From NCBI RefSeq assembly GCF_964188315.1, contig NC_135656.1:120962001-121026000 (forward strand): a stretch of 64,000 nucleotides of DNA, given 5' to 3'. The notes under the pieces are model-generated. The model was not told the DNA's origin and did not search any database. It saw only the letters and a list, made by a program, of their open reading frames with translations. A program made the position numbers and the translations under genes. This document shows positions 1 to 11,811 of this stretch, piece after piece. Each line of letters begins with the position of its first letter. Position 1 is the first letter of the stretch. Source of the stretch: Podarcis muralis. Lineage: Eukaryota.

Positions 1-155
1 AGCGACCAAGTGGAAATAATATTTTGCATTTGTTCTTACCCAGTAAGGTTTCAGCAACTGGCGGTGCGCCATTAAATGGTAACAGCCCAAGTCTGCTGCC
101 CATTGCAGCTCCCTCTCCCTCCGTGGCTCCTCCTGCTAACAGCTCCTGAATCCAA

Positions 156-200
<45 letters not shown>

Positions 201-683
201 TTAGTATTTATACCCCACCCATCTGGCTGGGTTTCCCCAGCCACGGCTTCCAACAAAATATTAAAATACAATAGTCCGTCAAACATTAAAAGCTTCCCTA
301 AACAGCTGCCTTCAGGTGAAACAACAAGAAGTAGCAAAGGAAGTAGAGGACAATGGAGCAGGGGAAAGGGGTGGAGTCCTAAAAATACAAGCGGCTGCTG
401 GATCAGGCCAGCCTCCTGGTCTCACAATGCACAGATGACCCAAGAGCAACAGCACTCTCTCTACTTGGGACTGGTCTTCCGAGATGTCCTTCCAGAGAAG
501 GCTGAATGAAGTATCTGGTCAGGGGTGCTTTATGTCCCCAGACCTAAATTCCCTTGCGTGGTGCCTTCTGAGGTAGAAATTCTGCTGGACCCACTATCAG
601 TAAGGCGAGTCTCACGTACGTAAGGGTACGGCTTGACTGCAAGGCTTGCAAGAACTAGTTTAAGAGGAACCTAACAATGTTAT

Positions 684-1020
684 GGACGTGGGTGGCGCTG
701 GTGGTCTAAACCACAGAGCCTAGAAGGTTGGCGGTTCGAATCCCCGCGATGGGGTGAGCTCCTGTTACTCGGTCCCTGCTCCTGCCAACCTAGCAGTTCG
801 AAAGCACGTCAAAGTGCAAGTAGATAAATAGGTACCGCTCTGGCGGGAAGGTAAAGGGTGTTTCCGTGCGCTGCTCTGGCTCGCCAGAAGCGGCTTAGTC
901 ATGCTGGCCACATGACCTGGAAGCTGTACACCGGCTCCCTCGGCCAATAAAGCGAGAGGAGCGCCGCAACCCCAGAGTCGGTCACGACTGGACCTAATGG
1001 TCAGGGGTCCCTTTACCTTT
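684..1020 (+). mobile_element. Sauria SINE
   Basis: tRNA-like head GGACGTGGGTGGCGCTG...GGTTCGAATCC; ACCTTT tail; TSD TAACAATGTTA. Confidence 0.9.
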
Positions 1021-1599
1021 AACAATGTTAAGAGTGAAAACCAATTCCAGATAAGGTGCAAGGAGGCCTCTGCACATATGGGAGGGGAACCCCCACTCAT
1101 GGTTTGAGTAAGAGTTTCTAAGGACTGTGGTTGGATGAGAGATGGTGGCACTGCAGAAGATGGTTGGGGAGAATGAACAGCTAAGACAACATATATTTCC
1201 TACACAGGGGTGAAAGCAAATGGCTATTCTCCCACAGACTCTGTCTGGTAAGGCACTGAAGTTTGAATAATTGGGAATCTGGTTTGAGCCTGCATACTGA
1301 ACCTCCAAAGGGAATTTTCTCCAATACTTCCCTCCCTCTATGCGAGTGAAATCCTTGCATTTCCACCCCCATCGTCCAGCCCTGTCACTGAGGTCCAGAT
1401 CCGAGGGTCTTCTGGTGGTTCCCTCACTGCGAAAAGTGAAATTACAGGGAACCAGGCAGAGGACCTTCTCGGTGGTGGTGCCTGCCCTATGGAACTTCCT
1501 CCTGTCAGATGTCAAGGAGATAAACAACTATATGACTTTTAGAAGACATCTGAAGGCAGCCGTGTTTTTTTATGTTTGGTGTTTTATTGTGTAGTAGTA

Positions 1600-2420
1600 G
1601 TAATAATAATAATTTATTTATACCCCGCCCATCTGGCTGGGCTTCCCCAGCCACTCTGGACGGCTTCCAACAAAATATTAAAATACTGTAATACATCAAA
1701 CATTAAAAGCTTCCCTAAACAGGGCTGCCTTCAGATGCCTTCTAAAAGTCTGGCAGTTCTTGTTCTCTTTGACATCTGGTGGGAGGGCGTTCCACAGGGC
1801 GGGCGTCACTACCGAGAAGGCCCTCTGCCTGGTTCCCAGGCCCTCGGCGCTGGACCTCAGCGTCCGGGCTGAACAATGGGGGTGGAGACGCTCCCTCAGG
1901 TATACTGGACTGAGGCCGTTTAGGGCTTTAAAGGTCAGCACCAACACTTTGAATTGTGCTCGGAAACGTACTGGGAGCCAATGTAGGTTTTTCAAGACTG
2001 GTGTTATGTGGTCTCGGCAGCCGCTCCCAGTCACCAGTCTAGCTGCCGCATTCTGGATTAGTTGTAGTTTATGGGTCACCTTCAAAGGAGCCCCACATAG
2101 AGCTCATTGCAGTAGTCCAAGCAAGAGGTAACCAGAGCATGCACCACTCTAGCAAGACAGTCCATGGGCAGGTAGGGTCTCAGCCTGTGTACCAGGTGGA
2201 ACTGGTAAACAGCTGCCCTCGACACAGAATTGACCTGCGCCTCCATGGACAGCTGAGAGTCCAAAATGACTCCCAGGCTGTGCGCCTGGTCCTTCAGGGG
2301 CACAGTTACCCCATTCAGGACCAGGGTGTCTTCCATACCTGCCTGCCTCCTGTCCCCCAAAACAGTACTTCTGTCTTGTCAGGATTCAACCTCAACCTGT
2401 TAGCCACCATCCATCCTCCA
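1600..2420 (-). mobile_element. L2 LINE 3' fragment (further L2 3' ends at about 157-320 -, 1350-1580 +, 4440-4850 +)
   Basis: RT C-terminal ORFs LQLIQNAAARLVTG...[25 protein letters not shown]; (ATT)n tail. Confidence 0.88.
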
Positions 2421-2515
2421 ACCGACATATATTTTGCCGGAAGCCGCCCAGAGTGACTGTGGCAACCCAGTCGGATGGGCAGCACCTAAATAATAAAATT
2501 GTTGCTGCGGCTCAC

Positions 2516-2914
2516 CCGTTGCTCTGCCTCCTGGCTCATGAGGAAACCTTCCGCCAGGGCCACCGCCTGGGAGCAGGTCTCCGCTCCACACTCCCTCACC
2601 CAGCTCTCCATCTCCGGGGGGAGGACAGCCAGGAACTTCTCCAGGACCACCAGCTCCAGCATCTGAGCTTTGGTGCGCTGTTCTGGCTTCAGCCACTGAT
2701 GGCAAAGATGGTGGAGTCGGCTGCAAACCTCCCGGGGGCCCTCAGCTTCCTGGTAGCAGAACTGGTGAAAGCGCCATTGCTGTTCGTCTGAGCTGCTGTA
2801 GGCCTCGCTCAGGAGCTTGCACACTGTTTTTACCCAGAAGGCTCCACTGCCTCTGGCCTGGGTGATCTGGAAGTGTCTTTGGGCTTTGGTCCCAGCTGAA
2901 TCATCCTCTTCCAT
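2516..2914 (-). CDS. SCAN-domain coding exon of a probable SCAN-(KRAB)-C2H2 zinc-finger gene; downstream exons not confidently located
   Basis: Translation MEEDDSAG...[77 protein letters not shown] is a recognisable SCAN domain. ATG at 2914, donor CGG|GTGAG at 2516/2515, upstream acceptor ccccacag| at about 3106. Confidence 0.85.
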
Positions 2915-3476
2915 CTCCAATTTGTAATCGGAGGAAGGGTCTCTTTGCTCCGAGTTGGTCCAAGGCCACTTTCGTCCACAGCTGCTCCTGAATTGAGTGA
3001 CGGCTGCCCTGCTTAGCCACCCAAAGGCTAACACGTCTTTCTTGTTTCAAGAAGAGGCTTTCGGAGCAAAAATCTGGCCGTTCCTTGCAATCTGCCAGAG
3101 CTTCTCCTGTGGGGAAAGGGGAAATGAGATGAGACCATAAGAATCAGAGACAGCCAAGAAAAGATGGCCATTCTGAGTTGTTTCAACCAAGTCCTACTCA
3201 AATCAGTCCTACTGAAATCAGTAAACAAAAGTTAGTCGTGTCCATTGACTTCAACAGGCCTACTATGAAAACTTGTCGTTCTAAAACAGCTTCTGACATG
3301 GATGGTAGCTGCAGCTAGGATTTGAACAGCCGAACAGTGGAAAACCCTGGAAAATCTACTTTTGTCTTTGTAGATGTCTCTGGACTTCAGGTACTGTAGA
3401 AAATGCTATACTTCTGGTTGACCTTTTCTGAACCTATTCAATACCCTTTTTTTTGCAGTGAGGAACATACACAGTA

Positions 3477-3718
3477 CAGTGGTACCTTGGGTTAAGAACT
3501 TAATTTGTTCCGGAGATCTGTTCTTAACCTGAAACTGTTCTTAACCTGAGGTACCACTTTAGCTAATGGGGCCTCCTGCTGCCGCTGCGCCACCACCGCA
3601 CGATTTCTGTTCTCATCCTGAAGCAAAGTTCTTAACCCGAGGTACTATTTCTGGGTTAGCAGAGTCTGTAACCTGAAGCGTCTGTAACCTGAAGCATCTG
3701 TAACCTGAGGTACCACTG
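3477..3718. mobile_element. Tigger/pogo-like (Tc1-mariner) MITE; copies at 24624-24865, 45345-45570, 49444-49669, 55145-55358
   Basis: TIR CAGTGGTACCT..., TA duplication at both ends. Confidence 0.88.
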
Positions 3719-4799
3719 TATTCCAAACATGGCCACACCATAGATTTGTATAATGGGCATTATGAGATGGGCAGTTTTATTTTCAATTTCTTTCCTAATG
3801 ATCCCCAGCACCAAATTCACCATTTTCAAAGCTGCTGCACACCTCCACGGGACCCCCTTAAAATGTCTGTTCACTTCGGTCAAGGATAGATCGTTACTGC
3901 TGCGTAAAATCCAGATATTTATATAAACTTCAAAGCCAGTACACTGCAGCCTGGAAGCCTACCCAACGACCAAATGCAATGGGGGAAATCTCAGAGTAGT
4001 TAAACTTAAACAACTATGTTAAAGAGGGAGCCAAAATATATAAAAAAAGAACTCAGTAAGAATTGATGTAAAAAAAAAAAAAGGAACTAGGAAGATCTGG
4101 GGACGTGCAAAAGATGTTACAGAGGTTTACTAAGAATACAGCCCTGTGGCTGCGTGACTATAGTTTATCCCTCACAGCACTACAATTCACGAACTACAGT
4201 TCCCAGTGTAAACGCAGATGAAGGTTGCACAGGCTGATGAAGTCTCTGCAAAGTGCTAGAGGCTTCAGGTCGCACACCTGGGGTTCTGGGGCAAAGAAGA
4301 AATGGCCTCTCCCGATACTGGAAAGCCATAAACCCCGGCTGATGCCCATCTCAAGCCTTAAGCCTGGAGGGCTCAATTTGTTAAAGCGTGGTGGTGAAAA
4401 TGCTCAGGCTGCAGGTTCGATCCCTATAGGATAGCTACAACTAATACAGAATGCGGCAGCTAGACTGGTGACTGGGAATGGTCGCTGAGACCATATCACA
4501 CCGATCCTGAAAGACCTACATTGGCTCCGAGGGCCTTCTGGCGGTTCCCTCTCTGCGAGAAGTGAGGTTACAGGGAACCAGGCAGAGGGCCTTCTCGGTG
4601 GTGGCACCCGCCCTGTGGAACGCCCTCCCACCAGATGTCAAAGAGAAAAACAACTACCAGACTTTTAGAAGACATCTGAAGGCAGCCCTGTTTATGGAAG
4701 TTTTTAATGTTTGATCTTTTATTGTGTTTTTAATCTTTTGTTGGGAGCCTCCCAGAGTGGCTGGGGAAACCCAGCCAGATGAGTGGGGTATAAATAATA

Positions 4800-4852
<53 letters not shown>

Positions 4853-5074
4853 CTGCATTGCAGGGTGTTGAACTAGACGATCCTCAGGGTGCCTTCAAAC
4901 TCTGATTGTATGGCGCAGGTTCCTCCTTGGCAGAAATAAAATATAAAGACGGCAAACCTAGGAACACCGGAAGTGACCTTATGCCAAGACAGATCATTGG
5001 TCCACCATATGACTTACTCTGACTTGCAGTAGCTCTGCAGAGTTTCAGACAGGTAGGGGACATTTGCAGACCTA

Positions 5075-5613
5075 CCGAAATTAAAAGACACCTGCTTCTT
5101 GGGAGAAAAGCGATGACAAACCTAGACAGCATCTTAAAAAGCAGAGACATCACCTTGCCAACAAAGGTCCGTATAGTTAAAGCCATGGTTTTCCCAGTAG
5201 TGATGTATGGAAGTGAGAGCTGGACCATAAAGAAGGCTGATCGCCAAAGAATGGATGCTTTTGAATTATGGTGCTGGAGGAGACTCTTGAGAGTCCCATG
5301 GACTGCAAAAAGATCAAATGCATCCATTCTTAAGGAAATCAGCCCTGAGTGCTCACTGGAAGGACAGATCGTGAAGCTGAGGCTCCAAGACTTTGGCCAC
5401 CTCATGAGAAGAGAAGACTCCCTGGAAAAGACCCTGATGTTGGGAAAGAGAAGGAGAAGGGGACGACAGAGGGCGAGATGGTTGGACAGTGTTCTCGAAG
5501 CTACAAACATGAGTCTGGCCAAACTGCGGGAGGCAGCGGAAGACAGGAATGCCTGGTGTGCTCTGGTCCAGGGGGTCACAAAGAGTCCGACGTGACTAAA
5601 CAACAACAACAAC
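5075..5613 (+). mobile_element. Bov-B (RTE) LINE 3' fragment
   Basis: ORF MTNLDSILKSRDITLPTKVRIVKAMVFPVVMYGSESWTIKKA...; (CAA)n tail. Confidence 0.92.
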
Positions 5614-6099
5614 TACTGGAGAAGTCGGGGATTGAACCAGGGACGTTGTGCATGCAAAACAAGATGCTCTGGCTCCGCAGATTAAACAGGGACATATTCC
5701 TTTTTCAAAGCAAACCACTGGCCTGTTTAGCTTAAGATTCAAGCTGGGCAAAATTATTCTGCATCCAACAGTACTAGCCACGACGACTATGCTCTGCCTG
5801 CACAGCTGGAAGCATCAATGCTTCTGAGTTGCAGGAACTGCAGGGGTCGGGCTGCTCTCTTGTGCTTGCATCCTGCTGGCGGGTTTCCCATCATAATGGT
5901 CAGCCGCTGTGAGAACAGGATGCGGGACTTAGACGGGCCATTGGTCCAGCAACCTCGTCTTACGTGGCTGGGAGGCAGGCAATGCAACCCAGCAGGATAG
6001 CCGTGGGGAAGGAATCGGGGGGTCTTTAGCAACCAAAGGAACCCCTCCCTGGCATTTCTCGACGTACCTAAAAGCAAAATTCGCTCTCTCTCTCTCCCC

Positions 6100-6620
6100 C
6101 CCCCCCCCGGATTCTGGTGCACCGCTGCCTCCCCCATGCGCCCACCCGAATCTCCGCAGCTTCTAATTTTTGCAAAAACTGAGATGCCTCCCCCTTCAGA
6201 CCCCGGCCTGGCTTGCAATTGCAAAGGGTGGTGCAATGCAAAGAATGCAACCCCGGGCGTAGTATTCTCGCCCCCCCCCACCCCCGTTCCCTATTCCATT
6301 TTTGCAAACCCGAATTCTCTCCAGCTCCTCACCTGGGCGGGGGGCGGGGGACTTACGAGAAGGCCGTTTTCCCACGTGCATTCGTTACGGGGTCGTAGAG
6401 ATAGGAAAGGGCAGCGAGGTACCGAGTTCACTTCCGGTTCCCATTCAAACGCCCGACCTCCACCGCCACCCCTCCAAGTGTGGGTGGCTGGGTGGGTGGG
6501 TGGGTGGGAGATCGGCTGTATTTGCAGCCTTAGCTCTATGGCCGCGTTCGAAAGGGAACCTGAAGTGTCGCTGCAGGTGGTTTGCATTTTGCAGCAATGC
6601 AAATAAGGAGCGCCGCTTAA
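6100..6620. promoter_or_regulatory. CpG-rich promoter / first-exon region, probably of the SCAN gene
   Basis: CpG-dense and outside any recognisable repeat. ETS-type CACTTCCGG at about 6429-6437. Minus-strand donor-like sites CAG|GTGAGG (about 6330) and GTAAGT (about 6355). Confidence 0.55.
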
Positions 6621-7088
6621 TTTAAGGCAATTTTGCAAGGGAAAGGGGGGCACTCGGTGGTCCTCCGGTGGACTTGAGCTCAGTTTCCTAGAGAGGAAGG
6701 ATATTCAAAAAGCTGTGGGAGGAGGCTGCGGGGGAAATCACAGAATAGATCATAGAATTGTAGTATTGGGGTGGGTGTGTGTGTGTGTGTCCTGAGGATC
6801 AACGCAGGACTATGCGGCTGTCCCATATGGGGATCGAACCTGCAACCTTGACATTATCAGCACCATAGTTCTCGGTCTCGTGGGATCGCCTGGCCAAAAA
6901 GGGTGGGCGGTTGAGGCTGGTGCAATATTGGGGAGGAGCAATATTGCAAGGAGGAGATAGGGATTTGCTTTTGGGGCATAGCTGTCAACTTTTTCCTTTT
7001 TTTTAAAGGGAAATTCCCTTATTCCGAATAGGATTCCTTGCAAGAAAAGGGAAAAGCTGACAGCTATGTTTTGGGGTAAAAAAAGAGT

Positions 7089-7124
<36 letters not shown>

Positions 7125-8053
7125 CGATTCCATGTCAGATATTTTGCAAATTACACACCCGCCCCCCCAAATAACCAGATGCAAGGTTTACATTGAACCA
7201 TGGGTGGAGTTCAAATGATCTGAGCTCGGGTTCTTAAGAGAGAGGGATGACATTTTTTAATAAAAAATGTGGGAAGGGGGATACTGTTTTAAACAAAATC
7301 TCCCCTTTCCCCCTAATGGGGTGTCCAAGAGCCCATATAGAGTCCTTACGTGGGTTCCCTATTGGTAGGAGAAAATAACAAGAGGCCAACCAGAGAATAT
7401 TGAGAAGCAAAGCAGCTAGTAAGCCTGATCTTTATTAAAGTTGTTGCAACAGGGTGCTCCCCTCACACGCAGGAAAGGAGGAGGACCTCAAACAATGGTG
7501 CGGAGGAGGACCCAGAACCAAGGCGTGCCCGCCCTTAGATAGACATTTGGAGCTCAAGACCACCCCTCCATACAACATACATACACCACAGAACGGGTGT
7601 AACCCAAGACCACCCCCCACAAACATCATACCTACATCACAGAAAAGGCGGTCTACAACAGAAATTTGAATGTTGTTGTTTTCCTGTCTGCCAGGTTATC
7701 TGATAATGCCTTATCTGATTGCCTTTCCTGGTAGTCTGGCCATTTCTTTGAGATGGTGATTTCCCAATTCCTGAGACAATGGGAAGGTTCCCTCACCCGC
7801 TCCCTCCTCGCAGAGAAAACATTTGGTCAGTTTGGGAGTCAACATGGTTTCAGGACTGTATTCCTGTGCTGCTCCAGACATGTGGTCCACATATCTATGT
7901 ACTTTTTGGTTGGTACATTTATGAACATCTATTATATATATAAGACCTTAATTTTTTTATTACAATACAAAATAGATAGACGAGCCTTCTCCTATATTCC
8001 TGCATTGCAGGGGGTTAGACTAGGTGACTCTCCCAACTCTACAATTTTACAAT

Positions 8054-8361
8054 AAAGGTAAAGGTAAAGGTACCCCTGCCCGTATGGGCCAGTCTTGCCA
8101 GACTCTAGGGTTGTGCGCCCATCTCACTCTATAGGCCGGGGGCCAGCGCTGTCCGGAGACACTTCCGGGTCACGTGGCCAGTGTGACGAAGCTACTCTGG
8201 TGAGCCAGAGCCGCACACGGAAACGCCGTTTACCTTCCCGCTAGTAAGCGGTCCCTATTTATTTACTTGCACCCAGGGGTGCTTTCGAACTGCTAGGTTG
8301 GCAGGCGCTGGGACCGAGCAGCGGGAGCGCACCCCGCAGCGGGGATTCGAACCGCCGACCA
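8054..8361 (-). mobile_element. Sauria SINE (5'-truncated)
   Basis: (AAAGGT)n tail; body matches the other copies. Confidence 0.85.
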
Positions 8362-8439
8362 TACTGTGATACAAATGTAACAAATAAATGCAAATACCTT
8401 TTGGGGTTTGGGTTTTTGGAAGACGCCTGTGCGTGAATT

Positions 8440-9340
8440 AGCTTTATGTGTGTAGATCAGTGCATGGTGACCAACGCACAGTCTTTGCAGTAAGGCTCTG
8501 TTCCGATTGCATGAGTAATCACGAGGACCAGTAGATTCTTATCTGCTGTAGACTTCATCCGCCTTCACAGCCGTTGTAACATGCCACTCTTCCGCCCGTT
8601 CTGCCATTGAGGACTTCTTGGATCATTCTTTGTCTAGCTTATGGTTACCAGATTTTTTCCAATGAATCCGGGGACACTTTTTTGTTTTAAGCTGAGTAGC
8701 AACACGGAGTCAGCAGTGGGGATGGTGAGGCAAAAGACCCTGGGCCCAAGCACACATGCATATTGTATAAAGGTGCAAAGCCCTTCTTTCGCACCCTGTG
8801 AAACATAAATGCGCGGAGGTTTTTTTAAAAAAATTGGCAATGTGCCTGTGACCCCCGAGCCTTCCCTGATCTCCTTCCCCCTTCACCCTTTGTTTTGACA
8901 GATTAGGGGAGGCTCGGGAGTCACGGGCGGGTGGCTGTTGCCCAGGAGGGGCCAGCCTGGTAGTGCAGTTGGCTCTGGCTGCCTTCAGGAGCTGCTCGCT
9001 GCTGTGGTGCAGGAAAAATGGTGGGTTCCATGGCAGCGAGCAACTCTTGAAGCCAGCCAGAGCCAATTGTGCTAACAGGCTGGCTCTGGGCCGCTGAAGC
9101 GGCTGCTGACATGTTTCCCAGGGACAGATCTGCAAATCTGGGGACATTCTGGGGACAGAATTTGTCCAGGGACAGATTTGCAAATCTGGGGACTGTCCCC
9201 GGGAACCGGGGATGTCTGGTAACCCTAGTCTAGCTCCTCCCCTTTGACCTTACTACCTTGGGTGACTCTGCTGGGAGTACAAGATTTCCAACACCTTTGC
9301 TCACAAGGGTCATAGGAACTTGCAAGCCCAATGAAGCTGA
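8440..9340 (-). mobile_element. Probable RTE-clade LINE 5' UTR remnant interrupted by the hAT MITE
   Basis: Removing the MITE gives ...AAGGTCAAAGGGAGGAGCTAGACAAAGAATGATCC..., which resembles RTE/Expander 5' leaders (recognised from memory, not aligned). Confidence 0.4.
8640..9227. mobile_element. hAT MITE
   Basis: TIR TA(T/G)GGTTACCAGA; 8-bp TSD GTCTAGCT. Confidence 0.85.
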
Positions 9341-9641
9341 TGATCCAGCGAGTGAGGCTTGATCCAATGACATGGTTCAGCTGCTTTAGGAAGGCAGCTA
9401 CACATTAGAGGAAATACAGAACTGTGGGAATCAGGCTATGATAAAGCAATATGTAAAAAACAAAACAAAACAAAACAAAACCAAACAAAGCAAAGTCATT
9501 ATGCTTTGATTTCCATCATTCATGATTTAGTGAAAGGAAGAGATTTAAATCTAAGAAGCTACATCATGAAAACAAATATATGGGTTTCATTACTGGTGTG
9601 CTGGGCATCTCTTGCCAAAACTGAAAATAATAGTTCAACGT

Positions 9642-10552
9642 TCAGGTACCATTTTTTGTTTTTGTTGTGAGGTGTTCCTTTGTGTTCAGATCAGGCCTCA
9701 GTACAATAATGTAGCACTTGGGGATGAAGATGCAGCCCAAAAGCCCAGCACTGGAGGCCAAGATGGAGAAGACCTGAATGGCTACCATGTACTTCCCCTT
9801 GGTGCTCAGGTAGGTGGGCACAAAGGAAACCCAAACACTGCAGAAGACCAGCATGCTGAAGGTGATCAGCTTGGCTTCATTGAAGGCCCCAGGCAGCTTC
9901 CTGGCTAGGAAAGCCACCACGAAGCAGATAGCAGCCAGGAAGCCCATGTAGCCAAGGGAACCATAAAATATGGCCACAGACCCTTCATTGCACTGCAGGA
10001 TGATCTCTCGGGGCTGGGAGTGCATGTCAGACTCCGGGAAAGGGGGAGACATGCCCAGCCAGATGGTACAGATGAGAACTTGGACACAGGAACAGGAAAT
10101 GACAATGGAGTTGGCCAGACTTTTCCCCAGCCATCTCCTCACCCTGTTTCCTGGCTTGGTGGCCAGGAAGGCCAGCACCACAGTGATGGTTTTGGCCAAC
10201 ACAGAAGACACAGCAACTGAGAAGATGATGCTGAAGGCCGTTTGTCGGAGAAGGCAGGTCAATTTCCTTGGCTGGCCAATGAAGAGGAAGGAGGACAAAA
10301 AGGAAAGCAGGAGAGAGATGAGGAGGATGAAGGAGAGGTCCCGGTTGTTGGCTTTGACTATGGGTGTTTCTTTGTATTTAATGAAGATTCCTAAGATGAT
10401 GCCTGTTGAGAAAGACAAGAAGAGGGAAATAGAAGCCAAGAGGATCCCCAAATAGTCTTCATAGGATAGGAAACTGGTAGCCTTGGGGATACATTTTTCT
10501 TGGTCCTTGTTTGGATGATGATCTCCTGGGCATTTTGGGCAGTGGTCTGCAT
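9642..10552 (-). CDS. V2R-A exon 6 (end of cysteine-rich domain + 7TM + C-tail)
   Basis: [11 protein letters not shown]...[14 protein letters not shown]...[20 protein letters not shown]...[10 protein letters not shown]; acceptor cttcag|AT. Confidence 0.95.
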
Positions 10553-10580
10553 CTGAAGGGAAGAGGAGATGCTTTGGTAG

Positions 10581-10581
10581 C

Positions 10582-10629
<48 letters not shown>

Positions 10630-11050
10630 TTATTTATTTATATCCCGCCCATCTGGCTGGGTTTCCCCAGCCACTCTGGGCGGCTTCCAACTGAATATTA
10701 AAAACAGTACAGCATCAGACATTAAAAACTTCCCTAAAGAGGGCTGCCTTCAGTTGTCTTTTAAAAGTAAAATAGTTGTTTATTGCCTTGACATCTGCTG
10801 GGAGGGCGTTCCACAGGGCAGGCGCCACTACCAAGAAGGCCCTCTGTCTGGTTCCCTGTAACCTTACTTCTCGCAATGAGGGAACCGCCAGAAGGCCCTC
10901 GGCACTGCACCCCAGTGTCCGGGCTGAACGATGGGGGTGGAGACGCTCCTTCAGGTATACAGGACCGAGGCCGTTTAGGGCTTTAAAGGTCAGCACCAAC
11001 ACTTTGAATTGTGCTCGGAAACGTACTGGGAGCCAATGCAGATCTCTAGC
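10581..11050 (-). mobile_element. L2 LINE 3' fragment
   Basis: [24 protein letters not shown]; (ATT)n tail. Confidence 0.88.
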
Positions 11051-11811
11051 TATCATAAAGCTTGTAATTATGGGTGCTAGTCTGGATTTTTTATATGGTT
11101 TATCTTCATGGATCAGCACAGCTGACAAAAGTTTAATTTTGCATCCCTCATGAGCTATGTTTAACCTCAGTGCATCTCCCATCCTATATGTGATCTGATG
11201 AAATAGGTAACATCCTGAACCTAACAGCTATAGAAGCTCTTATCCTTGTATTTGCTAGGAAGATCTGGTTATTAGCCCCTGTAAGCAGGAATCAGACATC
11301 AGATAGCCAGTGAAGGTCATTTATAAGACAAGTTTATGATTTAAGAACTTATATTCTTAACTTAGAACATTGGTGTTCTATGAACCAACCATAAACCATT
11401 GGGATAGGTGAGCTGATAAGCAGATACCGGGAATTCCTTAGGAGTTTGCACGGTGTCATTCCTTAATTTATTTTTATTTGTTTGTTTATTTATTTATTGA
11501 ATTTAAACCCCACATTTATCTCCATGTCACTCCACAACAACCCTGTGAGGTAGGGTTAGGCTAAGAGGCAGTGTTGGCCCAGGGTCACCCAATGAGTTTC
11601 ATTGTAGAGTGGGGATTTGAACCCCAGTTTCTCCCAGCTCCTAGTTCAATACTCTGACCACAACAACCAGCTTCCTTTCCCAAGGATACCTGTGCACCGT
11701 GAGTGCAGGGAGCTTCTGGTGCCTGGTGTTCGTTCATCTGATAGGCAAACGGAACATAGCCCACCGTTTGAGAGATGCTGAGTTAGGGGGCTTAACATTA
11801 CAGAAGCCAAT

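Noticed and set aside
157-200. Regular (AAT)n arrays as a CRISPR-like or novel repeat system
   Set aside because: They are L2 3' tails or simple microsatellites with no spacer structure, in eukaryotic DNA.
441-600. Possible further exon of the SCAN gene (SFSLLWKDISEDQSQVERVLLLLG)
   Set aside because: An in-frame TGA lies upstream, there is no convincing acceptor or strong donor, and similarity to SCAN-ZNF linker exons is too weak.
5616-5690. tRNA-Ala(TGC)-like sequence on the minus strand
   Set aside because: Only the 3' two-thirds are present, with mismatched stems; it matches the head of the SINE at 36295-36480, so it is a SINE fragment rather than a tRNA gene.
5787-6653. Several 60-165 aa ORFs in the CpG island
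   Set aside because: GC-rich sequence depleted of stops; low-complexity translations with no recognisable domain.
6815-6890. tRNA-Ile-like sequence (minus strand; similar at about 4370-4435 plus)
   Set aside because: The 5' half and acceptor stem are missing and the anticodon arm is degenerate; probably tRNA-derived SINE heads.
7322-7820. LTR-like segments here and at about 13565-13850, 21750-21960, 29085-29340, 33361-33720 and 35208-35790
   Set aside because: They show poly(A)-signal or TG/CA hints, but I could not identify matching TSDs or both termini, so they are left unannotated.
9612-10455. Long plus-strand ORFs antisense to V2R exon 6 (also at 22269-22872, 37102-37762, 53233-53893)
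   Set aside because: Shadow ORFs from the codon bias of a hydrophobic 7TM exon; they recur only because the sense exon is conserved.
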